DNA from: Chrysochromulina tobinii
Lineage: Eukaryota
NCBI GenBank assembly: GCA_001275005.1
Contig: JWZX01003207.1
Span: forward strand, 1 to 36,628
DNA: 36,628 bases
Reading direction: 5' to 3'
Shown here: piece by piece, positions 10,894 to 20,430 of the stretch
How the letters are laid out: the number at the start of each line of letters is the position of its first letter
Numbering within the stretch: position 1 is the stretch's first letter
Program-made: the position numbers and the translations under genes
Notes under the pieces: model-generated
Seen by the model: the letters and a program-made list of their open reading frames with translations, nothing else
What the model was told of the DNA's origin: nothing
The model's database searches: none

Positions 10894-11437
10894 TTTTTGG
10901 CGGGCCGTGAATTTCTATCCTAACTATCCGTGAACTTGTGGGAGTGCCGCTTGACCCCAACCTCCGCGTGAAGAGACAGACAGCGGAGCAGATCAGCAAA
11001 CGGCACCGGTGTGGGGGGAGTAATTCCGTACAAATACGAGGTGTGACAGAGTGCGAGTGTTGAGCGACTCACAGGACACAGCGACGAGCGAGATCCTAAA
11101 ATTGTCTGACAGAGTGAGCGGTCGGAGTTTGGGGAGTGAGAGCGTCTGCTAAGCGTCTGCGTGCTCCGCGTGCTGAGTGAGCGTGTGCTAAGTGGTAAGT
11201 GAGTGGTGTGAGTCGGTGGAGTCGAGACGCGAGATATAATAATTAAATTTAAAATAATAGTGAGACAGACACGACCCTTGCCACATGGAGACGACACAGA
11301 CTACAAACAAAGATTGAAATCCGGTCTACGTCTAGGGTCTTCCGCGGCGCGGCCTCCGGGTACGTGGCTAATGGAAAGTGCGGCCGATCAGGTGAGTGAG
11401 TTCAATTGACTGATCGCCAGAGTTGAGAGTTGTCTCT

Positions 11438-13429
11438 CTAATAAAATGCCTCCCCGAAGAGTTGTCTGGAGGAGCGCATGCGCGTGGGCCGGTGCGCGCT
11501 GAGAGCATTTTGAGACTCCTGCACGAGCGCTGAGGCGGTCTCCAGCTTGGCTGGCGTTTGCTGCGGCTTTGTCGGGAACAGCGAGGCGACCGTACTCCCC
11601 AGTGGCCGCCGCACGTTAAGCGCCGCATCTTCGAGGGGACGGCCAAACGTGGAATGTTGATGGTGGGGGCTTGCACGAGGTGGTGATGGCAGGGGCCTTC
11701 CGCCGCCATAGCAGCCATCGCCCTTGCTCGGTGCAGCATGCTGCGCTCGAAGATCCGAGGCTTCGCGGTACTTCGATGCCACGGGTCCCACTTGCACCGT
11801 GGCCGCCGGCGCGGCGGGCAACGGCGTGGCGGGCGGTGGCGCGGCGGGCGGCAGCGGTACAGCGGGCGGCGCAACGGGGACTGGTAACTGTTTGAAGAGA
11901 GCGATGCACGTCGGCGGCGCGCTTGCACTCACGTCCGTGAACGAAAGCTGTCTTTCCTGTCCGGAACCCGAACCGTTCAAGCCTCGCCCACCAGGCGGTG
12001 CAAGCACAGATGGCGCCTGCCCGCCACTTCCACCGTTGCAGGCAAAACCGCCGCCGGCGAAGGCACCGCGGCTCGCGGTACCACTCCCACCTTTGCCTCC
12101 TCCGCTGCTCCCACCGCAGCCGCCGCCGCCACTCCCGGTACTGCTCCCGCCGCCCGAGTGGGTCGCACCGCCAGTCAGGGCCGGTGTCGGCTGCGGCAGC
12201 AGCTGCGCCGAGCGTTCCTGCTGCAGCTGGCGAATCTGTCTCTGCTGCTGCCGGCTGAGTCTTTCAAAGGCGTCGAGCTGAACGCGCGTCTCGCTGAGCT
12301 GGCGCTCGAGCAACGCGACCATCTCCCGCCACTCGCGGTCGGTGCGCGAGAGCTCGTGCAGAAGTGTCGAGCGCTCCGTCTCGCGCGATGCACACGTCGC
12401 GCACGGCTGTGCGTGCGAAGGGCGGCGAACTATCGCCGGTTTGGCTGCCGTTTGCGTCGCGGCGTCCGCAATGTAGACGGGTGCCAGTGTCTGCGGCTGC
12501 TCGATGACCTGCTGCATGGGATTCGGTGCCACGGTGGCATGGCAGTGGGAAGAAGCGTCGGAGATGGCTCCACCGACGACTGCAACAGGATATGCCGCGT
12601 GCGAGGTGCTTGACGGCGTGCAACCGAAGCCGGTAGCCGCGCTCGGCCGCGAGGGCGGCGCGGAGCTCGCCCTTGCCTCGCGCCGCGTAGGATTGACGCG
12701 AGCGCACACCCACACGGTCTTTCCCGCTTTCGTGCGCTCGGGGTGGTGTGATGTGCTCGCCGTGGTATACTCAAATGTGCCAAAGCCCACAGTCTTCCTG
12801 TGCGTCGCCGGTTCCGCTTCGTACTCCTCATGCTGCAACGCCGCCTGTAACTGTTGCGGCTGTTGCAGCGACGGTGGCTGTTGCTGCGGCTGCTCCTGCT
12901 GCCGTGAGTGCGGCAGACGGTGCGCGTGTGCCGGTGGACGGTGTACATGTGGCGGCGGCGTCTTCCTGCGGCGCCACTTCCACTCCTGAGGCTGCATTTC
13001 TGACTTCCACTCCTGAGGCTGCATTTCTGACTTCCATCGCTCCTGTTCTTGCACCGTTGCGGCTGCGACATACTGCGCAGCTGCACAGGTGCCCACTGTG
13101 CTCGCGAAATGACGTTCACGCTCCACGTTCTCGGACCACGCCTGCGGCCGTGCAGGCTCAGCTGGAGCCTCTAGCGCCCATGGCCTTGCCCTTCGCTTGG
13201 GGCTACCAGTGTGGTCAAGCGGTTGGTCCAGATCGTGGGGCCGGTACTCGTCGAGCTTGACCTCGCCACCTGCCAGGTTGACATGCGTGCGCCGCTGCTT
13301 GGCGTGCAGCAGGTCCAGGTATGAGGTGGGACGAGAGAAGTTTAGCGATTCGACCATGATGCGCCGCCGCCACTTTGAGCCCAGCGGGCGGGTGAGCCGT
13401 CCGCTCGAAAGTTGCAGAGATCTGTTCAT
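11438..13429 (-). CDS. Hypothetical low-complexity protein with a central coiled coil
   Basis: 663-aa ORF with Q-, P- and G-rich tracts and a heptad segment (LLHELSRTDREWREMVALLERQL...). No recognisable family. Confidence 0.65.
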   Translation of the reverse strand: MNRSLQLSSGRLTRPLGSKWRRRIMVESLNFSRPTSYLDLLHAKQRRTHVNLAGGEVKLDEYRPHDLDQPLDHTGSPKRRARPWALEAPAEPARPQAWSENVERERHFASTVGTCAAAQYVAAATVQEQERWKSEMQPQEWKSEMQPQEWKWRRRKTPPPHVHRPPAHAHRLPHSRQQEQPQQQPPSLQQPQQLQAALQHEEYEAEPATHRKTVGFGTFEYTTASTSHHPERTKAGKTVWVCARVNPTRREARASSAPPSRPSAATGFGCTPSSTSHAAYPVAVVGGAISDASSHCHATVAPNPMQQVIEQPQTLAPVYIADAATQTAAKPAIVRRPSHAQPCATCASRETERSTLLHELSRTDREWREMVALLERQLSETRVQLDAFERLSRQQQRQIRQLQQERSAQLLPQPTPALTGGATHSGGGSSTGSGGGGCGGSSGGGKGGSGTASRGAFAGGGFACNGGSGGQAPSVLAPPGGRGLNGSGSGQERQLSFTDVSASAPPTCIALFKQLPVPVAPPAVPLPPAAPPPATPLPAAPAATVQVGPVASKYREASDLRAQHAAPSKGDGCYGGGRPLPSPPRASPHHQHSTFGRPLEDAALNVRRPLGSTVASLFPTKPQQTPAKLETASALVQESQNALSAHRPTRMRSSRQLFGEAFY
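12976..13036. repeat. 27-bp tandem repeat, 2.3 copies (QEWKSEMQP)
   Basis: acttccactcctgaggctgcatttctg occurs exactly at 12976 and 13003, with a partial third copy. Confidence 0.92.
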
Positions 13430-13715
13430 TCACAACAAAAAGCGTGAAGGGCAACATACACAGCACGTGATCTGTTCACACAGAGAATCAAGTCCGTCAA
13501 ACTTCCGTCACGTTTTTGAAAGTGCCGCTCAGAAGGACAGAACGCCCCAAGAGCTGCCAATTGCAGGCCACCAGGCAGCACGCCGGCAGGAACGCAGGAT
13601 CATCGGATAGAAATCCCCAGACACACATTCACATTCACACCTCCACCTCAACGAAGGCTTCGTCACCGCGCTTGGATTTCTCGTTTTGGGAACTCCCAAA
13701 AGGTATCGAGTGCGC

Positions 13716-15107
13716 ATGGCAGTGATGGCCAAGACCGTCGGAACGCCACAGAAGCCCCCAACGAGCGCTAACACCAAAGTCACCAGTGGTGGCAAGATCA
13801 AAGCCACTATTGACGGAACTACCTACCGCCAGATTGTCGCCGACATTGAGGCCAAGTCTACGCCACAGTACTCGCCACCCAATGAGCTGGGCATCTCGAT
13901 TGCGGGCAGCGCTTTCCTCGAGGAGAACAAGGCCAGGCCAGGCGTAGTCTGTCTGCCATCCGGTCTGCAGTACCGCGTACTCAAGAGCGGTGCAGCAACT
14001 GCCAAATCGCCCCTCCGGTCCACCGAGTGTGATGTACACTACCGCGGGAAGCTCATCCCAGCTGAAGGTGGTATTGAATTCGACAGCAGCTACAAGCGCA
14101 GCAAACCCGCCACTTTTGCCCCCGGTAATGTGATCCAGGGCTGGACGATTGCGCTACAGCTCATGGGACAAGGCGACAAGTGGGCCATCTTCGTGCCGCC
14201 TCACATGGCGTACGGCGATGCAGGCCGGCGTGATGAAAACCGCGGCCAGTACATTCCTGCGGGCGCCGTCCTCTGCTTTGAGATCGAACTGGTCTCGGTT
14301 CACGGCACGGGCAAACCACGGCCTGCTCGGCCTCCCAATTCTATCAAGCCGCCACCGTCAGATGGCTCGTACATCGCCGCCAAGACCTTCGACGGCGCTC
14401 GGACTGGTTACGTCTTCACGACGCGCGAACATGGGGCAGGCTACTATCGCGACTCGCAGGCCGTGGAGCAGGACATATCAGAGATGCATGCGAACCCGAC
14501 AGAGGAAGTGCCGATGATGGCCACGGGCGGAGCCGATCATGCCACGGACCCTCGATCAGTGCTCGGCGACCTATCGAACCAGAGCGACGGGGGGGTTGAG
14601 GTGGAGTCGTCGGGGCTTTTCGGGCGTGCGCCAACGAAGAAGACTAGCGCCAAGGAGGCTGGCCTTTCGGCTCTCAAGCTCGCGGCTGACGAGATTGCAC
14701 GGCCACCGCCTCCACTCCAGCCGGCCGCACCGCCGCAGCCACCTCCTCAACCTCCCCCCGAGCTCATGGCAAGGATGGTCTCAGTTACAAATCCTCAGGA
14801 CGACTCAGGCGCTGTGACGGGCCGATCGACCAAGAGCACCGCCCGCCGGCGCAGAACCGGCACTCCAGAAGAGCTGGCGCTGCGCGAGCAGCTCGCCGAG
14901 CAGATGTGGCTTACCAAGGCGACAGTCGGCGCGCTCGAGACGTTGCTGCTGCGGCTAAGGCTGCCAACGCTCAAGCACGCGCTGAACGACCTTTCGCTGC
15001 CAAGTGATGGCAACAAGGATGAGCTCGCAGCACGCCTGATCAACGCCATGTCCGAGCTCACCCCTAGAGATCCAAACATCCAAAAAGAGTGGCGGGGCAT
15101 CCGCTGA
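13716..15107 (+). CDS. MIP-like FKBP peptidyl-prolyl isomerase with a C-terminal SAP domain
   Basis: FLEENKARPGVVCLPSGLQYRVL, VHYRGKL, FDSSY, VIQGW..ALQLM..GDKW, PPHMAYG and LCFEIEL define the FKBP part. LRLPTLKHALNDLSLPSDGNKDELAARL is SAP-like. Confidence 0.9.
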   Translation: MAVMAKTVGTPQKPPTSANTKVTSGGKIKATIDGTTYRQIVADIEAKSTPQYSPPNELGISIAGSAFLEENKARPGVVCLPSGLQYRVLKSGAATAKSPLRSTECDVHYRGKLIPAEGGIEFDSSYKRSKPATFAPGNVIQGWTIALQLMGQGDKWAIFVPPHMAYGDAGRRDENRGQYIPAGAVLCFEIELVSVHGTGKPRPARPPNSIKPPPSDGSYIAAKTFDGARTGYVFTTREHGAGYYRDSQAVEQDISEMHANPTEEVPMMATGGADHATDPRSVLGDLSNQSDGGVEVESSGLFGRAPTKKTSAKEAGLSALKLAADEIARPPPPLQPAAPPQPPPQPPPELMARMVSVTNPQDDSGAVTGRSTKSTARRRRTGTPEELALREQLAEQMWLTKATVGALETLLLRLRLPTLKHALNDLSLPSDGNKDELAARLINAMSELTPRDPNIQKEWRGIR

Positions 15108-15422
15108 GCACCGTGCTCAGGCCGCCGGCCAGACGCATGCCGCACCGAAAGGAAAGAAGACGATGCGGGTGCTATCTGTGGGAATGAGCATGGAGCATGG
15201 CTCGAGAGCCAAAGTGACTCATCGGGCCCGGGACATGCTCCATGCTCCACACGAGAGTATCATGGTCGGAGTGCACAGACAAGTGCACACGAATCGAAAT
15301 CCACAGAGGTCAGAGCTCAGAGGGATCCACATCCAGATGTGACGGTCCCACTTGGTGCTTGGAGGTCACTGCGCGTCGCTCATCCTTTGTGGACATTCTA
15401 TTGCCTAATCTGTCCTGTCAAC

Positions 15423-15505
15423 GAGTGAGTGAGTGAGTGAGTGAGTGAGTGAGTATCCGAGCATTGTGAATGAACTCACTCACTCACTCACTCACTCACT
15501 CACTC
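15423..15505. mobile_element. 83-bp foldback micro-element with microsatellite arms and an 8-bp TSD
   Basis: (GAGT)8 at 15423-15454, a 19-nt spacer, and (ACTC)8 at 15474-15505. CTGTCAAC flanks both sides (15415-15422, 15506-15513). Confidence 0.75.
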
Positions 15506-15621
15506 CTGTCAACAGCGCCGCGGTGCACTTGCGAGAGTGTACTCAGGCGGGTCATGTCCCCCCCTTCTACTAGTATGGAGTATTCCCTTTTCATTCAGAG
15601 AAGCCCTTTCCTTACGCCGAG

Positions 15622-16932
15622 ATGCTCACGCCGCACGCTCTAGGCGTGCACAACGTGTTGAAATATGTGCGGCCGTGGCTGCATCCGCTGCTCGACGCAC
15701 CGTCCCGCTACCGTCTCGCGCGCGCGGTGAACATCGCCGACCTGCGCGAATGCGCGAGGCGACGGGCGCACAAGATGGTCTTTGATTACATGGATGGATG
15801 CGCAGAGGACGAGATCGCCTTCCGCTGGAGCCGGGAGTCGTACGCAAACTACGAGCTCCACTACAACGTGCTCGCTGGGAAGCAGCAGCCCATCGACTTG
15901 AGCACGAGCATAGTGGGCGCACCCGTTGGTGTACCCTTCTTCTGTGCGCCTTGTGCAGGACACCGCATGTTCCACCACGAGGGAGAGGAGGCGGTGGCCA
16001 AGGCGGCGAGCAAGTACGGCGCGCTCTTCTGCTTGTCATCGCTGGCCACGACTAGCATGGAGGACGTGGCCGCGCAACACTCGGGGCCAAAGCTGATGCA
16101 GCTCTACCTGTGGAAAGATCGCGCCCTTGTGCGCGACGTGGTGCAGCGGGCGCGCGAGGCGGGCTACCACGCGCTCGCGCTCACCGCTGATACGGCGTGG
16201 TTTGGAAATCGCGAACGCGATCCGCGAAATGGGTTTTCCGTGCCGCCCAACTATACGCCCCGTCAGGTGTGGCATGCGCTCAACGCGCCATCATGGAGCC
16301 TCGATCTTCTCTCTCACCCACCGTATAAGTATGAGATTGTTGGGGACGAGCGACCCGCAGAGGACATCGGCTCGTACTTTGCGAATCTGGTCTCCAAGGA
16401 CTACTCGTGGGACGACGCCGAGTGGCTGCTCGGCGAGTGGGGTGGCCCGACGCTCCTCAAGGGCGTCGTTCGGCCCGACGATGCGAAGCGAGCTTTCGCG
16501 CTCGGATTTGACGCCGTGTGGATCAGCAACCACGGCGGCCGGCAGCTCGAGACCTCACCGGCGCCTCTCGACGTGCTGCCCGCGATTCGCGAGGCCGTTG
16601 GGCCCGACGCGCAGCTCGTTCTCGACGGCGGCGTGCAGCGCGGCACTGACGTGGTCAAGGCGCTCGCGCTCGGCGCGAACGCCGTCGGCGTGGGCAAGGC
16701 GTATCTGTATGGACTTGCAGCTGGCGGCGCGGCAGGCGCGACCAAGGCGCTTGATATTCTGCACCGGGAGACGGAGCTCGCGATGGGATTGCTTGGCGTA
16801 GGCAGTGTGGTCGAGCTGCGCCGCCGTGGGCCGGAACTGGTGCGGCGGCGCTCAAAGTGCCAGCCGTGCGCGTCGCCGTCGGGGCGTCAACATTCGATAG
16901 AACATTTTAGCCCGACCGGGACTAAGGTCTAA
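15622..16932 (+). CDS. FMN-dependent alpha-hydroxy acid dehydrogenase (L-lactate dehydrogenase/glycolate oxidase family)
   Basis: VFDYMDG.AEDE, QLYLWKDR, GNRERD, LKGV, ISNHGGRQL and LDGGVQRGTDVVKALALGA are present. Confidence 0.96.
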   Translation: MLTPHALGVHNVLKYVRPWLHPLLDAPSRYRLARAVNIADLRECARRRAHKMVFDYMDGCAEDEIAFRWSRESYANYELHYNVLAGKQQPIDLSTSIVGAPVGVPFFCAPCAGHRMFHHEGEEAVAKAASKYGALFCLSSLATTSMEDVAAQHSGPKLMQLYLWKDRALVRDVVQRAREAGYHALALTADTAWFGNRERDPRNGFSVPPNYTPRQVWHALNAPSWSLDLLSHPPYKYEIVGDERPAEDIGSYFANLVSKDYSWDDAEWLLGEWGGPTLLKGVVRPDDAKRAFALGFDAVWISNHGGRQLETSPAPLDVLPAIREAVGPDAQLVLDGGVQRGTDVVKALALGANAVGVGKAYLYGLAAGGAAGATKALDILHRETELAMGLLGVGSVVELRRRGPELVRRRSKCQPCASPSGRQHSIEHFSPTGTKV

Positions 16933-17223
16933 GCGGGTACGAATCTAGGAAGCGTAAGTGAAAACGGGAGCTGCCAGTTTAAAACGGCGCAGCGCGTGGC
17001 ACCGTCATTGAGACTGAGTCCACTGAGTCGAGCTAGCGCTACAGTACGGTTTAGTAGCCATTGCCAAAACAACCGATGAACGAGGCAGCTCAAAATGGCA
17101 GCTCAGTTCAGGATCAGGCCCACGCAACGTACCTCCCCCGGGCCGTGCACGAAGGCCGGCGCGGAGAGAGACAGTCCTGCGACGATCCGGTCCGCGGGCC
17201 GCCTCGGCCTCGCCAAATACGCT

Positions 17224-18266
17224 TTACCGGTTCTGCGCCACGCTCTCCGTGGTGCCCGTATGCAGCTCGTGGATGCTCGTTAGGAGCCCATCACACGCAA
17301 GCTTCAGGCCCACCTTGAGCAGCAAGTTGCAAGGGCCCTCAATGGCCACCCGCGGCACGAACCACGGATGTGGCAGCTCAACGCGCAGGGTAGTCGCGAG
17401 GCTGCAGCGCAGCACAGCCTGGCTGCTTTCGAGTGCCGCTCCGCCCTCAGCCCACTCCACATCGAAAGCCATGCGCAGCTTGGCCACCTCTAAGGAGCGC
17501 AGCGCCCTCTCGTACGGCGTGCCGCCCCCTACAGCGGATGCTGCATCGCCGCCGCCATCCGCAAGCACCGCGCCGTTAGCGCCGCGTGCAGCCCGGCAGG
17601 CTGCGGGGTCGCGCACCAGGTGCGTCGGCTCGACCTCGATGGTGAGCATATTGGCGCGCACCTGCTGGAATGCCCATCGCCAGCGCCCAGCGAGCTCATG
17701 CGGTGCGCCAGCGCTGCCCAAGCTGGTCCCGCCCGCGCCTCTTCCTCCGTGTGACGCATGCACAACCTTCAACGCTAAGGCAGGCACGATCTCGAAGTGA
17801 CGCATGGCATCGGGTAGTGCATCGACGTCGTGCTGCGACGCCCACGTATTGTACCGGTCGACGAGTGGCTCCATAGCAAACGCGAGCTGGTCAGCTTTGT
17901 GCCTAAAGTGCTGGCCGGCAACCAGCCACTCGTACGTGGCGGAGCTGGCCGCCGTCCCAGCGGCTGCTCCGTTCCAGCTGCTGCTCGACGAGGCCGACAT
18001 CGAGCGCTTTCGCAGCGGGAAGGCCCTCGAGGTCGAGGCGTGCGCGAGAAGGCTCTCGAGGTAGCGCGATGGCTCCTCTTTGAGGTGCCCTAGGGTGCAC
18101 GTAGCTTCGTGCTCTGCTGAGCATGTGAACAAGCTGAAGTCCTCCAAGCTCGTGCCTCCCGAGGCGACTGCGGACATCATTGGACTCGGGCCATCCGGCC
18201 GACGGCCGCTGGAGAAGAGCTTTGCGAGAGTCGCAGCCGCGCGCTCGATCAGGCTCGACTCGCCGC

Positions 18267-18309
<43 letters not shown>

Positions 18310-18807
18310 CTTGCCGCGACAACTCAAGCTGTTGGCCAACGAGGATGACGGGGCGCTGCCCCCACCTCCGACCCACGATGCGGAGGAGGCCGTCTTGGGC
18401 GAGCGGCTCGGCGTTCCGGTGAAATCGCTGATGGATGCAGTCGCCGCCGGCACCTGAGAGTCTGGCACGTGCAATGGCAGCGACGGCTGCGACACGGGCC
18501 CGAGCGTGTACGTGTTCTCGGCAGAGACGGCGTACTCCCACCAGCCACTGGCCGCGCCGAGGGCCTCGCGGCCGAGCACGGTCGTGATTTGACCCTTGCC
18601 ATCGTGCGCGTCCGAGACCATTTTCCTGACTGTCTTGAAGGGTGCTTGCTCTCCGCCACGCCGGGCCATGATTACAAATGATTGGATCGGCCCCGAGCCG
18701 CTCGTGCGAGGAGGCTCCCAGGTGAGCTCGACCTGCTGCGTACCGCTGCGCCAGCGGGCCGTCGGCCGCGGCGGCGGGCCGGGCGCCTTACCCGGTGTCG
18801 CAAGCAT
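17224..18807 (-). CDS. Fibronectin type III domain plus DUF1997-like C-terminal domain protein
   Basis: The N-terminus (PGPP...VELTWEPP..GSGPIQSFVI...EYAVSAEN...GPVS.PS) is FN3-like. The C-terminus (LRVELP...PRVAIEGPCNLLL) resembles DUF1997, judged by eye. Confidence 0.7.
18268..18306. repeat. (GCT)13 trinucleotide repeat encoding poly-Ser on the minus strand
   Basis: Uninterrupted gct run. Confidence 0.95.
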
Positions 18808-18990
18808 TGCTTCCCAAAACGCGAGAGGAATCTCGATCAGATTTCAGAATACAAGTAGTTGGTTCAAAAACGCGGAGCGGGACACAAGGGACCTCACGGT
18901 TCACCGAACCGTAAATAGCACCGGGGACGAACCTGTACAGTACGGTATTTCTGCATGACTTTCTTGACTTCTTCATGTGGGCAGCGCACG

Positions 18991-20412
18991 ATGTGGGCAG
19001 CGACAGCGGCCGAGGCCGACGTGCGCCGTGCGGCCGCAGAGAGGCAATCGAGTCACCTGGCCGAGCGGCTCAAGCACGAGCACGCCTCCTACGCCGATCT
19101 GCTGGCAGAGTACGAGGTTGCTGTTCAAGGCCGCGCATTGTATGCTGCACGGTCAGAGCAGCTGCAAGCCGAAGTGGAGGCGCTGCAACGGGAGGTCGCC
19201 ACTGAGCGCGCGCGCGGCATCAGCTTCGAGGAGACGGCCGCTGCGCTCCGTGAAGAAGCCGAAACGCTGCGCAAGGAGCGTCAACGATCCGAGTCGACGG
19301 CAACCGTCGAGCTCAGCCACCAGGCAGGCCATGCACGCGGCATGGTGTCGCAGCAGGTAGAGGCGGAGGCAGCGCGAGGGCGCGAGCTCGCGGCACGGCT
19401 CGAAGCGGCCGTGCTGGAGGCACGCGAACGCGAAGCGGCCGCCATTGCATCGTTGGAGTCCAAGGTGGCTGCGGCGACCGCCGAGGGTGAGCGGCGCTGC
19501 CGTCAACTGCGACTCCAGCTCGAGCAGGCCCGCGAGTCAGTCGCCTTGCGCGAGCGAGAGGCGGCCGAAGCCGTGCGCCAGCAACGAGCTGCGGAGACTG
19601 CGGCGCGCATGGCGGCAGAGGCGGAGGTGGCGGTGCGTGCCCGTCTCCCCGAGTTGGAGCGACGCATCGACGAGCTTCGGCCCATCACATCAGAACGGGA
19701 TGCGCTCGCCGCACGTGCCGACCAGCTCGCGCGTCTCGTCGACGCGCAGTCCGCCGAGCTACGCCGGCTGCAGGGAAGCAAGGCGAACGCAAAGGCGGCG
19801 ATTGCAGCCCTACGGCGGCAGCTCGCTACCGAACGGCAAGCGCACGCGACCGCGGAGGCGCGCACGTCGCATCAGCTGCGCGCGCACGCAGAGGCCTCCG
19901 CTCTGGCCGCGGAAGTGCGGCGCACTCCACGCGGTCGCCGGCGGCGCGTGTACAGCGACGACGAGGACGACGACGAGGAGGACGACGACACTGGCGACAG
20001 CACTCAGCCGGCGCAGCACAGGACGGCCACAGCCTTGCTGGCAAGTCGACGAGCGTCCGTTGAGCAGCGGGCACGCGCCTCGGCGGTTCGCACCTTGAAT
20101 CGCTCCGTGCTTGGCGATATGTTTGGCACCGTCGGCGTGCACTGCGATGACGAAGATGACAGCGAGAGCGACGGAGACGAAGCGTTCGTGACGCCACGCC
20201 CGACGCAGAACCGAGCATGCAGTGCAAAGCCTGGCACTTCACACGCCACAGAAGCTTCGTGGGCTGAGACGGAGGCGCAATCGCTCACGCTTGCGGCGCG
20301 ACTTAAACGCGACGCACAACTCCTCTCTGCCACCCTACGGGTGGGAGCATTGGGTAGCCGGGAGGCTACCTCGGATCCGGCGAGGTTCTATGAGAGTTCA
20401 CCCTCCACATAG
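18991..20412 (+). CDS. Coiled-coil hypothetical protein with an acidic C-terminal tract
   Basis: Long A/E/R heptad-rich ORF with a DDEDDDEEDDD tract. The ATG at 18991 is the likely start. Confidence 0.75.
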   Translation: MWAATAAEADVRRAAAERQSSHLAERLKHEHASYADLLAEYEVAVQGRALYAARSEQLQAEVEALQREVATERARGISFEETAAALREEAETLRKERQRSESTATVELSHQAGHARGMVSQQVEAEAARGRELAARLEAAVLEAREREAAAIASLESKVAAATAEGERRCRQLRLQLEQARESVALREREAAEAVRQQRAAETAARMAAEAEVAVRARLPELERRIDELRPITSERDALAARADQLARLVDAQSAELRRLQGSKANAKAAIAALRRQLATERQAHATAEARTSHQLRAHAEASALAAEVRRTPRGRRRRVYSDDEDDDEEDDDTGDSTQPAQHRTATALLASRRASVEQRARASAVRTLNRSVLGDMFGTVGVHCDDEDDSESDGDEAFVTPRPTQNRACSAKPGTSHATEASWAETEAQSLTLAARLKRDAQLLSATLRVGALGSREATSDPARFYESSPST

Positions 20413-20430
20413 GAGATGATACGACGGATA

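Noticed and set aside
15423..15505. Interstitial telomeric fusion
   Set aside because: GAGT is not a known telomere unit, and the flush direct repeats point to an insertion instead.
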